Of a stretch of DNA of 64,000 nt, positions 35,013-47,607 are shown piece after piece. Location: contig CM074807.1 of the NCBI GenBank assembly GCA_037447605.1, forward strand, positions 496,001-560,000, written 5' to 3'. A program made the translations under genes and the position numbers. The DNA comes from Zygnema circumcarinatum SAG 698-1b. Lineage: Eukaryota; Plantae; Zygnematophyceae. Every line of letters starts with the position of its first letter. Positions within the stretch are counted from its first letter, which is position 1. The notes under the pieces are model-generated. The model made no database searches. It was not told the origin of the DNA and worked only from the letters and a program-made list of their open reading frames with translations.

Positions 35013-36064
35013 AGTGTTGGCAGGTTCGGATTTGATTTCTTTCAGCATAGTCGTTTTGTAAATATGTTGTTCGCAGCTTATGCAGTTTGTTTGACTGGAG
35101 GGAGAGGGGGGCAGAGGGAAGCAGAGGGAGGGAGTGGGAGGCAGAGGGAGGGAGAGGGAGAGGGAGAGGCCCTATCAGGGTTTGTAAAACTATTATTCTC
35201 TCACTCCAAAACTCACTCAATGGCCTGCTGCTGCTGCTGCATGTGATGTGTTCATGTTGGAATGAAAACTGTCTCCATCATAACTTGATGGTGCGCTCGT
35301 GCTTCAGTTACATCATTTCTGAATGATGTCGTCGTGTTCTATGACACCCATCTGCTTTACATGGTTTTTTTTTATAAAGCCACGTCCTCCTCAAACCCAG
35401 TCTTGACAGGTCCAGAGTAGTCGAAAAACAATAGTTTGTTTACTTCTTCTTACATTTCTAAACAGTCTCTGACAGTCTCTTATCTTCTAGAATTGGAAAT
35501 ACTTCTAATTTACAATCTTTCTTGCCATTGCTTTCAGCAGTTACATGCTCACATAAGAAAGAAACAGAAACCTTTCAAATCACAACATTAAGTCCTTTAC
35601 AAAATAATTTTACGAATAGAGGCGACTGCTTATGCTCACAGAAAAGCAGCCTTTCTTCCAGGGAGAGGAAGCTGGTAATGGGCGGAATTGACCTACTTAA
35701 AAAAGCAAAAACTGAGCCTGGAGCGTTTAAATTTCCGCAATTACTTCTAATCGATAAAGAAGTAAAAGAAGTCTAACGGCGTTCTATGTACATAATGTAG
35801 CAGTTAAACTGCTTCAGGCAACGCTACAGGTTTGCTCACTATTGTAAAAAGTCTTTTCCCAAACTTTCGATGATATTTCCCAACGCAGGGAAATAAAATT
35901 ATTAAGTGACTCCCCTTCAGCTGCACCCTCTTCCGCTCTCTCTCACTCTCTCTCTCTCACTCTGCAGGAAGGAGAAAGAAAAAAGAAGAAGGAAAAAATA
36001 AAATCGTTTTAGAATATAAGGAGACATCGCTTGAATGATTTCTTCAAAAAAATTGATACCTCCT

Positions 36065-36781
36065 CTAATAAATGGGAAAAAGATTGAAAAAACAGTTAAC
36101 AATAGAAACCGCCACACCTTGCATGCAGCACAGAGAAAATAAAAGGAGAGGGGGAGAGGGGGAGAGAGGGGGGGGGGGACTAATAAACCAGCAATAGAAA
36201 CCACCCGAGGCTGCAAACCAGGTTTTTTGCAACAAACCCAGTTCTAAGAAACCACCCCAAAAGCCCCCATCTCTAAGAGACCTCACCTTCCAGACCCCCA
36301 TTTTAGCAACACCCCACATCGCAGATCGCACCAAAGCACAAACCCAACATGAAAGAAACAAGGAAACCAACCACCAAAATAACTCAAGAAAAAAAAAAAA
36401 AGGCAAAACGAGGAGCAGGAAAAAGTAAAGGATCCAGTCTCCCCCTCCTCCACTTCCCTCTCCCTCTCTCTCTCCCCTCTGTTTTAGATAATAAAACCAG
36501 CAAATAGACAAAGAAAAGAAGCATTTTGGGGCCTCACCCAAAACGCTCTCTCTCTCTCCCTCCCGCGCCCCCACTTTCCGGCCTCCCTCTCCCTCTCTCC
36601 CAAGCAGAGGCTCCGCCACCGCCTCTCCCGCCAGGCTTGCCCCGAGCCACGCCGACAGCAGGGTCTCCAGCGCCCAGCTCTCATCCATCCGCCACGTGGC
36701 TCCTTCCAAGGCCGCCACGTGGCAGTCATGTGCAAGGGAGCTCGCCATGACCTGACATGTCTGCTCCCGCAACGTCGCCAT
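36065..36781 (-). CDS. Unidentified protein copy 2 (exon 1 intact, downstream exon apparently deleted; possibly a pseudogene)
   Basis: MATLREQTCQVMASSLAHDCHVAALEGATW... exon conserved. The ~300 bp corresponding to copy-1 ~32430-32720 is absent. Confidence 0.5.
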   Translation of the reverse strand: MATLREQTCQVMASSLAHDCHVAALEGATWRMDESWALETLLSAWLGASLAGEAVAEPLLGREGEGGRKVGAREGERESVLGEAPKCFFSLSICWFYYLKQRGEREGEGSGGGGDWILYFFLLLVLPFFFFLELFWWLVSLFLSCWVCALVRSAMWGVAKMGVWKVRSLRDGGFWGGFLELGLLQKTWFAASGGFYCWFISPPPPLSPSPPLLLFSLCCMQGVAVSIVNCFFNLFPIY

Positions 36782-37759
36782 TGCGCGAGAGAGAGAGCAC
36801 GAGAGAGAGCAAGAGAGAGAGAGAGAGGGAGAGAGAGAGAGAGGGAGAGCGAGGGAGAGAAGGGGAGAGAAAGAAAGAGAGTGAGAGAGAGAGGGAGATG
36901 GAGGGCGAGGGAGAGAGACAGTGAGAAGGGGAGAGCGAGGGAGGAAGAGAGAGGGAGAGAAACAGAGACCGGTACACGAGGGGGTACTTCAACCTGCTCC
37001 GGCCGGCGCTCTCATTCTAAAAATTTCAGTCCCCCTCACAGCCCATTTGTACCCCATCTTCAGCAGCCGGTTTGCAACCTGCGTGACGTGACATTGCACA
37101 ATTTGCGCTCGATTATTGGAAAAGCGCATATGTCGGTTCGCGCCGCCTCCGGAGGTTGCGACACGTGCTGCAGTTGACGTGGCGACCTCGTATTGGGCCA
37201 AAAAGACATAATTTGGCTCAGATTTTGTTTTTGATAATGGACTTCTGACATCACATTCTGCAAGATGCTGACATGCACAAATAAACGGGAGCCACGTCGT
37301 CAACAATTTCGAAGACAATTGTTAAAGTGGTCCTGGACGCACCGCGTGGCAGCCTTTGCTGGCGCCACGTCACCCAAGCCCAATTTATGGGAGGACGCTC
37401 GCCTCTGATTGGCCAGAAAGTCAACGACCTGGCACCGTACGGCAATAAACGACATAATACACAAACGACAAAGAAACAAGATTCGACTGCCACGGCAGCA
37501 GATGGGAATCTTTTTTGGCCCTTTCTGCGTCCAAAGTTTGGACGCTTCTGGATCAGAATGTACTGTTACAGTCAGGGACGTAGCCGTACGGTGTTGACTT
37601 ACGTACAACAAAAGAAACGTATGCAGCCGTATATCGTATCGAAATACCGCCATTCGTATCGAGTAACTCGATACGACTTGCTGTATGTCTCACCTTCCGT
37701 GCGGTTGCAAGTTGTTGAAGATACTTCAAGTCTTCAACAAGCTGTTGTTCATGTTGAGG

Positions 37760-38280
37760 ACCGAGGGAGGGAGAGGGAGAGGGAGAGGGAGAAGGAGAGG
37801 AGAGGAGAGGAGGAGAGGAGAGGGAGAGGGAGAGGGAGAGGAGAAGGAGAGGAGAGGAGAGGGAGAGGGAGAGGAGGGAGAGGGAGAGGGAGAGGGAGAG
37901 GGAGAGGAGAGAGGGAGAGGGAGAGGGAGAGGAGAGGAGAGGGAGAGGGAGAGGGAGAGGAGAGAGGGAGAGAGGGAGAGGAGAGGAGAGGAGGAGGGGA
38001 GAGGGAGAGGGAGAGGGAGAGGGAGAGAGAGAGAGAGAGAAAGAGGGAGAGGGAGAGGGAGAGGGAGAGAGAGAGAAAGAGGGAGAGGGAGAGGAGAGGG
38101 AGAGGGAGAGAGAGAGAAAGAGGGAGAGGGAGGAGAGGGAGAGGGACAGAGAGAGAGCAAGAGGGAGAGGGAGAGGGAGAGGGAGAGGGAGAGGGAGAGG
38201 GAGAGGGAGAGAGAGAGAGAAAGAGAGGGAGACAGAGCGAGACAGAGCGAGAGAGATCGAGAGAGAGAGATACAGAGGGA
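37760..38280. repeat. (GAGAGG)n purine microsatellite
   Basis: Imperfect gagggagagg run. Confidence 0.93.
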
Positions 38281-38379
38281 TGCTAATTGCTCATTCTTCT
38301 TATTGAAAAGTCTTTTAAGTTTTTTATTTTCAAGTAAGTCAACAACCATGACTTCCTTCCCTGGACCATCTCCTCCCAC

Positions 38380-38870
38380 TCTGCCTCTCCCTCTACTTCC
38401 CTCTCTTTGACCCCCTGACCACTGCTGCGACCGCCTTCACCTCAGCTCCTCTCCTCTTCCCTCTCCCACTCGCCCTCTCTCCCACTCCACTACCACCCTC
38501 CGTCTCCTTCCCTTTCCCTGGCCCACGCTTCACTCCCCTAGTAGAGGCCGTCCTCCCCTCTCCTTCTCCCTCTCCCTCTCCCTCTCCCTCTCCCTCTCCC
38601 TCTCCCTCTCCCTCTCCTTCTCCTCCCTCTCCCTCTCCTTCTCCTCCCTCTCCTCTCCCTCTCCCTCTCCCTCTCCCTCTCCCTCTCCCTCTCCTCTCCC
38701 TCTCCCTCCTCTCCTCTCCTCTCTCCCTCTCCCTCCTCTCCCTCTCCCTCTCCCTCTCCCTCTCCCTCCCTCTCCCTCTCCCTCTCCCTCTCCCTCTCCC
38801 TCTCTCCCTCTCCTCTCCCTCCCTCTCCCTCTCCCTCTCCCTCTCCTTCTCCATCTCCTCCCGTTCCCTC
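38380..38870. repeat. (CTCTCC)n pyrimidine microsatellite, reverse-complementary to the 37760-38280 block
   Basis: Imperfect ctctccctctcc run. Confidence 0.9.
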
Positions 38871-39264
38871 TCCCACTCCAGTTTTCACCCCACCTTTGAT
38901 ATTTTTTATTCTTTGGGACTTTCTGGTCCCCAACGAATAACTTTCTAACTTTGCTTCAGATGAAGAAGGCTCATCCTCATCGACTTTTTCATCATTTACT
39001 TCCTTTTCTCTCCGTCCCCCTCTCCCTCTCCCTCTCCCTCTCCCTCTCCCTCTCCCTCTCCCTCTCCCTCGCCCTCTCGTCACCTCCTCTCCCGCCAGCC
39101 CTCCCCTCTTCTTGCCACCTTCTGAGTTTTTCTGAAGAGCCGGAACGTAAGCTGATGTCTGCAAGTTGACAGTACGAGTCTGTGAGAGATAAGTGGGAGG
39201 GGGGAGAGGGAGAAAGACAGGAAGAGAGAGAGAGAAAGAGAGGGAAAGAGAGAGACAGAGAGAA

Positions 39265-39297
<33 letters not shown>

Positions 39298-40879
39298 CAA
39301 AGGGCCCAAAAAACAAACAGATTAACATCGCAAGGTAAGCTTATGCACATTCGCCTCTTCTCCTTCATCGTTCTCAAAACCAGAACCCTAAAAAACAGAA
39401 ATTTGAGAAAAGAATTAAAAAAGTTGATTTGGACGTTTGGAACTCACCCGCCCGCCCACAGTGATGAAGTCAACAGGATGTCCTTTTATATCCAAACACC
39501 ACCCCCCCCCCCCCCCCCCAACAGAACAAAAATACAAAAATAAATAAATTTAATTAATTTCAGTTTCTATTCGTGTAATACCTGAACACGAGTTGATAAC
39601 GGAAAAAAGAAAAACAAAAAAAAAAAAAAAACTGGAGAATGGGAACGAGGGGAAAAAAGGAAGAAAAAGAGACCATCTATGGACCCTGGTTTCTTGGACC
39701 AACGGACATGGAACAGCCACGTGGCGGGAAATAATTGGCTGTCGGCGTCCACCTTCACTGCAAGGTCTAGCACCTGCCCGGAAAGAAAGAAACAAAAAGA
39801 AGAAACAAAAAAAAAAAAAAAATTAACAACAAGAAATTTGGTGCTACTTCAATTCACAAAAAAAACCGAAAGAGTTTCGACCTCGAGTGTTCAAAGTTCA
39901 ACCCTAATCAATAAGATTGAGAATTGAGAAAATTTGAAGTAAACTCGCTTCTCATTTTTCTCAACCTGTTCGGTTTGAAGGTAAACTAAAAAAAAAAAAT
40001 TTCACCTCTCTGATGGCGGTATGAAGCTTCTCCAATTCCTCCTCTGACAGGCCGACAGCTGTACGCTCCGGATGCAGGCGAGCCTGCCACGTGTTCCCCA
40101 GAAAAAAGTAAACATTGTTGATCAGCCCACGTCACTCCTGCTACCCCTGTTCCACTCCCTCTCCCACTCCCTCTCCCTCTCCCACTCCCACTCCCACTCC
40201 CTCTCCCTCTCCCTCTCCCACTCCCTCTCCCTCTCCCACTCCCACTCCCACTCCNNNNNNNNNNCTCTCCCTCTCCCTCTCCCTCTCCCTCTCCCTCTCC
40301 CTCTGCATGAGTGCATACATTCAAAGGGATGTAATCACCTGGTAGAGAACTTCATCAGCCACCCAATTCCCAATTCCCGCAAGGAAACTCTGCAAGAACG
40401 AGTCCAACCTCATAACTTCACAAATTAGCTCTCTCTCTAAAACCCCAAGTCCCTAAAACCCTAAATCCGACATTGTAAGCGCTTCAGGTTAAAGAATTCG
40501 GTACAGATTAGGGTATTTAGGTTCAGCGAAAGATTAGGGTTCAGGGTTTAGCGGGAAGTTACGGTTTTAAGGTTGAACGACCTGATCCAACAAAACGGAC
40601 TTTAAAGAGCCCTTTCGCTTTTGGAGAGCGGCTCTAAAGTCCGCCAAAGGAGGGAGCTCCAAGAAAGCATCTGGCCCAAGTTCGTTGATGGGAGGCTCCT
40701 TCTCAGGCTGGGAGAGAGAGAGAGAGGGGGAGAGAGAGAGGGGGGAAGAGGGGGAGAGAGAGGGAGAGAGAGAGAGAGGGAGAGAGAGAGAGAGTGAGAG
40801 AGAGAGGGTGAGAGAGAAGAGGGAGAGAGAAATACGAGCGAGACGGGGAGAGATGGGAAGAGAGAGGGGNNNNNNNNNN

Positions 40880-40925
<46 letters not shown>

Positions 40926-42542
40926 AGAGAGTGAGGGTGAGAGAGAAGAGGGAGAAAAATACAAGGGAGAGGGGGAGAGAAGTATGGGGACAATAGGGAG
41001 AGTAGGGGAGAGAATAGGGAAAGGAGGGAGGTGAAGAGGGAGAAGAGGGAGAGGAGGATGAGAGAGTAAAAGGGAGGAGAGGAGAGGGGTGGCGTGGGAA
41101 AGGATGAAAGAAGAGGGAAGGAGAAAACAGAGACGGAGATGAGAGAGTGAAGTGGGCCAAGGAGAAGCAGGAGAGTGAGCGAGTGAAGAAAGCAGGGAAA
41201 CGAAGACTTGCATCAAATGTGACTCATGCAATCATTCAACAGACGCAAACTAACTTAATCAATTTAATCAATTTAGATGTGGTAAGCTTAGCCCATCTCA
41301 ACAGTGAGCAAATGTCTCCCAATTCTGCAAACTTGCTAAGTTTGTAGGCATCTAGACTTGGTGGAATTTTAGAATAGGCGAGTGAATAGCTTAGTTTATC
41401 GGACGGGTCTATAGATTCAAGAAGTTTTGAAGCTTCAAAGGTTAAGTGAAAGGAGAGAAGGTATGACCACCTAACATTCTAAACTAACATAAGAATAAAA
41501 TATGAAACAATGCGGTAAGCAGCAAGGAATTACCAGGTCTAAAAACAGCTCACATTCTCCTGAAGGCGAATTCGTGCAAATCTTCGGAAGTCAACGAAGG
41601 CCAAGTCTACTCCTCCCTCAAACTGCTCAAACAAAAAAGTTTTCAAGAGCAAGAAAGTAAGAATAAACAGCACATTTAAAAAAACAAAGAAAACAAAAAC
41701 AAAGTTTTTTAAAAACTCTAATCGAGAGTGAACCTTTTGAGATTTTTCCAACTTTTTTTTTTTGCTTCAAGCTCGGGTAGTCTAATGCGTACACTTAGAA
41801 GAAGTTTGTGATACGAGGGAGGCCAATCCTCGTCTTTTTTCACCAAAGACCTGTGGAAGGCGAAACAAGCACAAACCAGTTCCTGAATAAACTATTAGGC
41901 TGAACGAACGAGGGGAAACCACTAACAAAGGCGAAGCTGCTACTACTCAATTCACCCACAATGTCCAAATTTTGAGTTTGAGATTCTATGCTAAACAATT
42001 AGCCTGAACACAACGGAGAAATTTTGAAGGCAAGTACCTCTTGTAGTGGACGGCTTTGGCTCCACGCACCAGCATGGCGCCACTCATCCCTGCACACTGT
42101 CCTTAACCCTAATTTTAACGGAGATGAAACATCATGGAAACCAAACCTACTTTTCAACCCTAAAATCCAGCTCCCTGGCCCTCCTGACTATCACTCTAAC
42201 CCTACCGTCAATATTAACCTAACCGCAACTTTAGACTCCCCCTCCCTCCCCTCTCCTATCCCTCCCCCTCCCCCTCCTCCTCNNNNNNNNNNCCCTTCCC
42301 CCCCCTTGCGCACCAAAGTGAAAAGTCGGCCATGGCTTCCTGTCCAGCTCGAGCCAGAGGTTCTTCCCCTTCCTGCGCGCGGCCAGGAGCGTGCAGCCAA
42401 TCAGCGCGGCCTGCAGCGCGGCGGGCGCGCATCCCTGCACCACTTTGGGGTCCTCCGCGGCCTCCGCACTCACTATGCGCCGCCCGCAGCACTGCGCTTC
42501 CACTGTCCGCCGCGCCGCCTCCACCTCCGGAAGCTCTGGCAT
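38393..42542 (-). CDS. FPG: Formamidopyrimidine-DNA glycosylase (plant/fungal-type FPG, MutM homologue, no zinc finger)
   Basis: Starts MPELPEVE at 42542; RKGKNLW; HFG|GM; DFRRFARIRL; ELGPDA; KSVLLDQ|SFLAGIGNWVADEVLYQ|ARLHP (H2TH); ITVGGR|TSAYVPALQK. Low-complexity tail; the stop is either 38538 or 38393. Confidence 0.95.
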
Positions 42543-43153
42543 GAGGCCTCCTAGCTCTCCCTCTCTCTCCCTCTCTCTCTCTCGCTCTCTCCCTCTCTCT
42601 CTCTTTCCCCCCCTCTCTCTCTCCCTCTCTCCCCCCTCCCTCTCGCTCCCCTCTCCCTCTCTCTCTTCCACTCTTCCCCACCTCTCTCTCTCCCTCTCTC
42701 CCCCCTTCCTCTCTCTCCCCCCACTCTCTCTCTCCCACTCTCCCCCTCCCTCTCCCTCTTCCCCCCTCCCACTCTCTCTCCCACTCAGCCTCTCTCCCTA
42801 GTCCGCCTCCCCTCTTTCCCTAACGAAGCTTTCCCTTTCCTCGTGGTTTCCCCGCCTGACTGCGTCTGGCCCCTCCGGGTTCGCCACGCCAACGGTCAAT
42901 TTTTTGACAATTTCATCGTGCCAGTTAAGCGTTGAAATGCACGCTGTTTGCCGTACTGTACCTCTCGCTAGCGTCCAGAATAGCCTGTACGGCTCACCTT
43001 GCCCAGCCCCAAACCGAATCCTACGCCGTTCGCGTGCGCCCTCCTCCCCCCCCCTCACAGACCGCCACGTGTCGCCCCCCCCCCCCCTCTCTCAGGCCGC
43101 CACGTGTTGCCACTCCACTCAGAGTGCCACGTGTTGACACGTGTCGCCTCCCC
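42543..43153. promoter_or_regulatory. Compact bidirectional promoter region between FPG and TIM50
   Basis: ~610 bp between divergent ATGs; CCGTAC at 42951, GTACGG at 42987, several CCACGTG cores at 43060-43140. Confidence 0.55.
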
Positions 43154-46100
43154 ATGCCTCCCTCGCACGTATCGCCCCGCGCCCCCCTCCTCCGGGGCGC
43201 GCTCCATCTCCTCCGCCTGCAGCAGGCTCCTCTCCCGGCCGGGCTTGCCACGTCGGCGCGCCACGTGGCGGCGGCTCAGCCCGCAACGTCAGCTGCCTCC
43301 CAGGGGCTTGCTGAACCCCCACCCACCGACCCTTCCGGAGGAGCGGCGGAGGGAGGGGACCCCCCCGGGCGGCAGAGCCTGCTATGGAGGACCGCCAAGT
43401 TTCTGGTCGGATCCATGGCGGTGGGGGCGGCTGGCGCAGCGGCCTATGCTCACCGTGAGTGGATGTGGAGGGAGGGAGGGCTCAGGGCGACGTTATGAGC
43501 GTATGAGGGGGTTCAGGGTTTTAGGGTTGGAGGGGTTGATGGTCGAGAGGTTCTTAGGGTTGGGAGTTTAGGGTTTATAGGGTTGAGGATCGGGGGGGTA
43601 GGCTTCGGGAATCAAGGGCTTTGTTTATGGCTTCGGTTAGGATACAGGAACCAAGACTTCAGATTTTAGGGTTCAGGGGCTCGAATTTAAGCTTTAGATT
43701 AGGGTCTGGTACTAAGCTTAGTCTTAGGTTTCAGAACTCGGCCCTCGCGCCTTGAAACTCCTTTCTCATGACCCCTGAAGATGCTATCAACAAAACCCCT
43801 TTGTTCCCTTCAATGTTGAGAATTCAAGATTTAGGGTTTTGTAATATTTCGTTTTTTGCATGGACTTCTGCTTTTGGGTGGAATCAGAGTACGACACTGC
43901 TGTTCTGCAGGAGAAAGTAAAGGCGGCGCGCGCCTCCCTTTTGCCAGCAGCTGCCGCAGGCTCTGAGCTCGAGAACGAGGCCCGGGTTCAGGTGGGTGCA
44001 GGTTCAGCCTTCTAGTACTGCGTTAGGAGGGTTCAGGGGCTTTAGGAGCTCCTTCCATTTCTGAGATTTTGTAGGCTTTAGAGGCTCTGAGATTGCTTTC
44101 ATAATTAGAGGCTTACGGATTGTATCCTTTACCTTCTGCTGGCAGGGACCTGCAGAGAAGCTCTACGAGACCGTTGCAAATGGTGAGTTTTCAACTGTTT
44201 CCATGCACTTCCGCAGTTTTACTGGAAAGCATTTCCCTCTCGCTATTTCTCTCACACACATTGGTCGACAAGTTTTCGACTCTCCTCGTTGCGTTTTTTT
44301 TGTTCGCCTGCTGACACTGTTAATAACAATCCTCGAATATTCGTTTTAAACATTTCATTCTTTGGGCTTTTCTGGTGCCTTTTTGTATGTATATGTATGT
44401 TCTTTGTGGTGCAGGGCTGTTGGATGTTGCACAGATGTACATAGATTTGCGCTCAAACGTTGAAGATCAGATAAAGGTGCCCGCCTCGCTTCCCTAGCCA
44501 CACTCTCTCTCACACTCTCTTTCTCATCCGCTCTTTCTTACTTGGTCCTTTTCGCTCCATTTCTTCCAATTCCAATTACATCGCCTGTTTCCTCACCCTC
44601 TTGTTTCTACCGCTCTGTGCCCCTCCCACTCTCTCCTCCCCTAACTCTACCTTTCCCTCTCTTTCTCTCTATTTCCACCCTACTCTCTCCCCTGCCCTAT
44701 CTGCCTCGTTCCCCTCCACTTCCCTTCCTCCCTCCCTCCCACCGTCCCTCCTCCCCTCCACCCTTCGTCCCTCCCTCCCTTCCTCCCTTCATATCTTCCC
44801 CCCGTCCTCCCTTCCTCCCTCCCTCCCTTCTTCNNNNNNNNNNCCTCCCTCCCTCCCTCCCTCCCTCCCTCCCTCCTACACTGTTCCCACGCTTCGTCCC
44901 TGCAGGGCTTTTCCGCCCCCTCTTCAGATCGGCTCCTTCCCGACTTAGCCCCGCAGGAGGCGCATTTGTACACTCTCGTGGTCGACCTCGGGGACACTCT
45001 CGTGCACTCCGACTGGAAAGTAAGGCCCCATTTGTACCCACCCTCACATTTTCTTCCTTTTCCCCTTCTTAAAATCATTCTTGAACGGGTGCATTGGGGG
45101 CCATGTCAGTAGCTATGTTGCTTTCAAAGCAACACATGAACATTGGTTGGGTTCAAACTTCGTTATAGCTATCCGTACTTGGCGACTGAGCCTGATTTGA
45201 GGTATAGTAGTTGAAGTTATATTGAAGGAGGAGAGAGGGAGGGAGGGGCTGTACAGAGAGAGAGAGGCTGGCGTACTTTTAAGCGGCCGGGGGCCGAAGC
45301 TTTCTTAGAAAGGATGGCGCACTTTTACGAAGTGGTGGTGTTTTCAGATCAGGCCAATTTTGTAAGATCGAAGTCGAAACCCTATTCTCTTAAATCGAAG
45401 CAAAAATCCTTGTCTATTTTCTGCACCTGCTTCATATCATTAAAGCCTCTCTCTCTCTCTCTCTCTCTCCCTCTCTCTCTCCCTCTCCCTCCCTCCCTCT
45501 CCCTCCCTCTCTCTCTCTCTCTCTCTGATGAGCTATGTCATGTGTGGAAGGGAGTGAACAGTCTGTTGACCCAATTCTGGACCGTCTCGATAAAAAGGCA
45601 TGCGTGCGATACCGGCTGTACCGAGACGGTACTCTGTACCATCAAGGACAGTACTTGAAGGTTGGCCCCCCTCCTTCCCTCCCACCCCTCCAACCCCTCC
45701 AACCCCTCCCAACCCTCCTCCCCTCCCTCCTTCGAATATCCTCTTTCCTTCAACGTCTCTATCCCTTCGCTTTCACGCACTTGATGCTGCTGACAAGGCT
45801 GACAAGGCTGCTGCTCAAATTGAATCAGTGAATGTTCACTAAAGTCCCCCTCTATCCCTCTGTCTCCCTTTCTTTTCCCTCACTGCCACTCTTTCTCCTA
45901 CTCTCTTCAATTCTCTGTCTCTCTCTCTCTCTCTTGCTCCTCACTCGCCCTATTTCTCTTTCTCTCCCTCCATCGCTGTTTTTCTCTCTCTCCCTCCCTC
46001 TCTCCCTCTCTCCCAGGACCTCTCGAAGCTGAACCGTGACCCCCGTCGCGTGCTGTACTTGACGGGCCATCCGGAGACATGCCTTCAAAAGGAGAACGTT

Positions 46101-47226
46101 CTCACAGTGACGCCTTGGAAGCCGGCAGACATGGAGGACTCCGCGCTGCTGGACCACATTCCTTTCCTTGAATGTCAGCTCTCTCTCCCTCCCTCCCTCC
46201 CTCCCTCCCTCCCTCCCTCCCTCCCTCCCTCCTCCTCCCTCCCTCCCTCCTCCCTCCCTCCCTCCCTCCCTCCCTCCCTCCCTCCCTCCTCCCTCCTCCC
46301 TCCTCCCTCCCTCCCTCCCTCCCTCCTCCTCCCTCCTCCTCCTTCCCTCCCCTCCCTCCCTCCCTCCCTCCCTCCCTCCCTCCTCCCTCCCTCCCTCCCT
46401 CCCTCCCTCCCTCCCTCCCTCCCTCCCTCCCTCCCTCCCTCCCTCCCTCCTTCCTCCTCCCTCCCTCCCTCCCTCCTCCTTCCCTCCCCTCCCTCCTCCT
46501 CCCTCCTTCCTCCCTCCCTCCCTCCCTCCTCCCTCCCTCCCTCCTCCCTCCCTCCCTCCCTCCCTCTCTCTCTCTCACCCTCACTCCCTTTTATCCCCCT
46601 TACCATTCTGTCTCTCTTTGTTTCGCCGTCTCTCTTTCTTTCGCCTTTCGTTCGTATGCTTTCTCCGTTCCTGCTCTGAGCTCGTTCAGTTCTTTCAGCT
46701 TCAGGCCAGTTCTGTGTCTCGTTGCTCGTCGGTTTTGAGCCCATATTGAGCTGCAGCATGAATGGTGCTGACGGTAGAATGATCTCCCTCTGTCACACAC
46801 ACACACACACACACACACTCTCTCTCTCTCTCTCTCTCCCTTTCTCTCTCTACTGTTCTCCCCTCTCTCCCAGATGTGGCGCGGTACCCTCCCGCCGACG
46901 TGCGTGCTGTCCTCGCTTCATTTGAAGGGCAGGACATTCCGACCGCATTCCGGGAACGAAGCAAGCAGCTGCAAAAGTGATGCTCTTTCTCTCTCTCTCC
47001 CTCTCCCTCTCTCTCTCCCTCTCCCTCTCTCTCTCTCTTTCTCTCCCTCTCTCTCTCTCTCCCTCTCTCTCTCGCTATTGTGTTTCCCGCACATACCAGT
47101 TTCAGTACATACGCTGACATGCAGTGAATTGCTTCCCTATGCAGGCGAGCACAAGAGCGGAAACAAAAAATATTCTGGCTGGGGTCTTCTGTGATAAGGC
47201 CTGGGTCCAATGCAGGCGGCCAATAG
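43154..47226 (+). CDS. TIM50: Mitochondrial import inner membrane translocase subunit TIM50
   Basis: Presequence-like N-terminus; TM region; LLPDL...YTLVVDLGDTLVHSDWK|RERGWRTFKRPG; YEVVVFSDQ; DLSKLNRDP; LLDHIPFLE|YVAR.PPADVR.VLASF. About 10 exons. Start codon inferred. Confidence 0.93.
46185..46575. repeat. (CCCT)n microsatellite in a TIM50 intron
   Basis: Long ccctccct run. Confidence 0.95.
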
Positions 47227-47577
47227 GAGAGCTCGAACGAGCTTCTTAAAAAAATAAAGATACGCGTAAGTCGTTGAAAATGGGGGGTCTCATTGGCGAT
47301 AATTGTCCAAGTTTAGGGCAAATTCCTTTGTTAGTTTTTCAGATTCAGTAAATTTTGCACATGGAGCGGCGTCCTCTGTAACAGAAGGCAGAAGTTGGAG
47401 GTGGGTTTGTGACCTTTTTTTTTTGGGTCGGCTTCAAAGTTCCATGCTGGAAAATGAGCTGGAAATTTCCAACGGAACTGTGCATGGAACCGCTGTTGCT
47501 TGTAGTGAGTGAGCGACATGGAGCCAGTTTCAAGCATATCTACGGAACGAGCGAAGCAATTTTAGGTTCGAGGTGTA

Positions 47578-47607
47578 GGGTTTAGGTTTAGGTTTAGGTT
47601 TAGGGCC
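47578..47607. repeat. Short interstitial telomere-like array (TTTAGG)n
   Basis: gggtttaggtttaggtttaggtttaggg. Confidence 0.8.

Noticed and set aside
44985-45000. TIM50 HAD motif reads DLGDT instead of DxDxT
   Set aside because: Degeneration of this motif is usual in Tim50 proteins of plants and fungi; not novel
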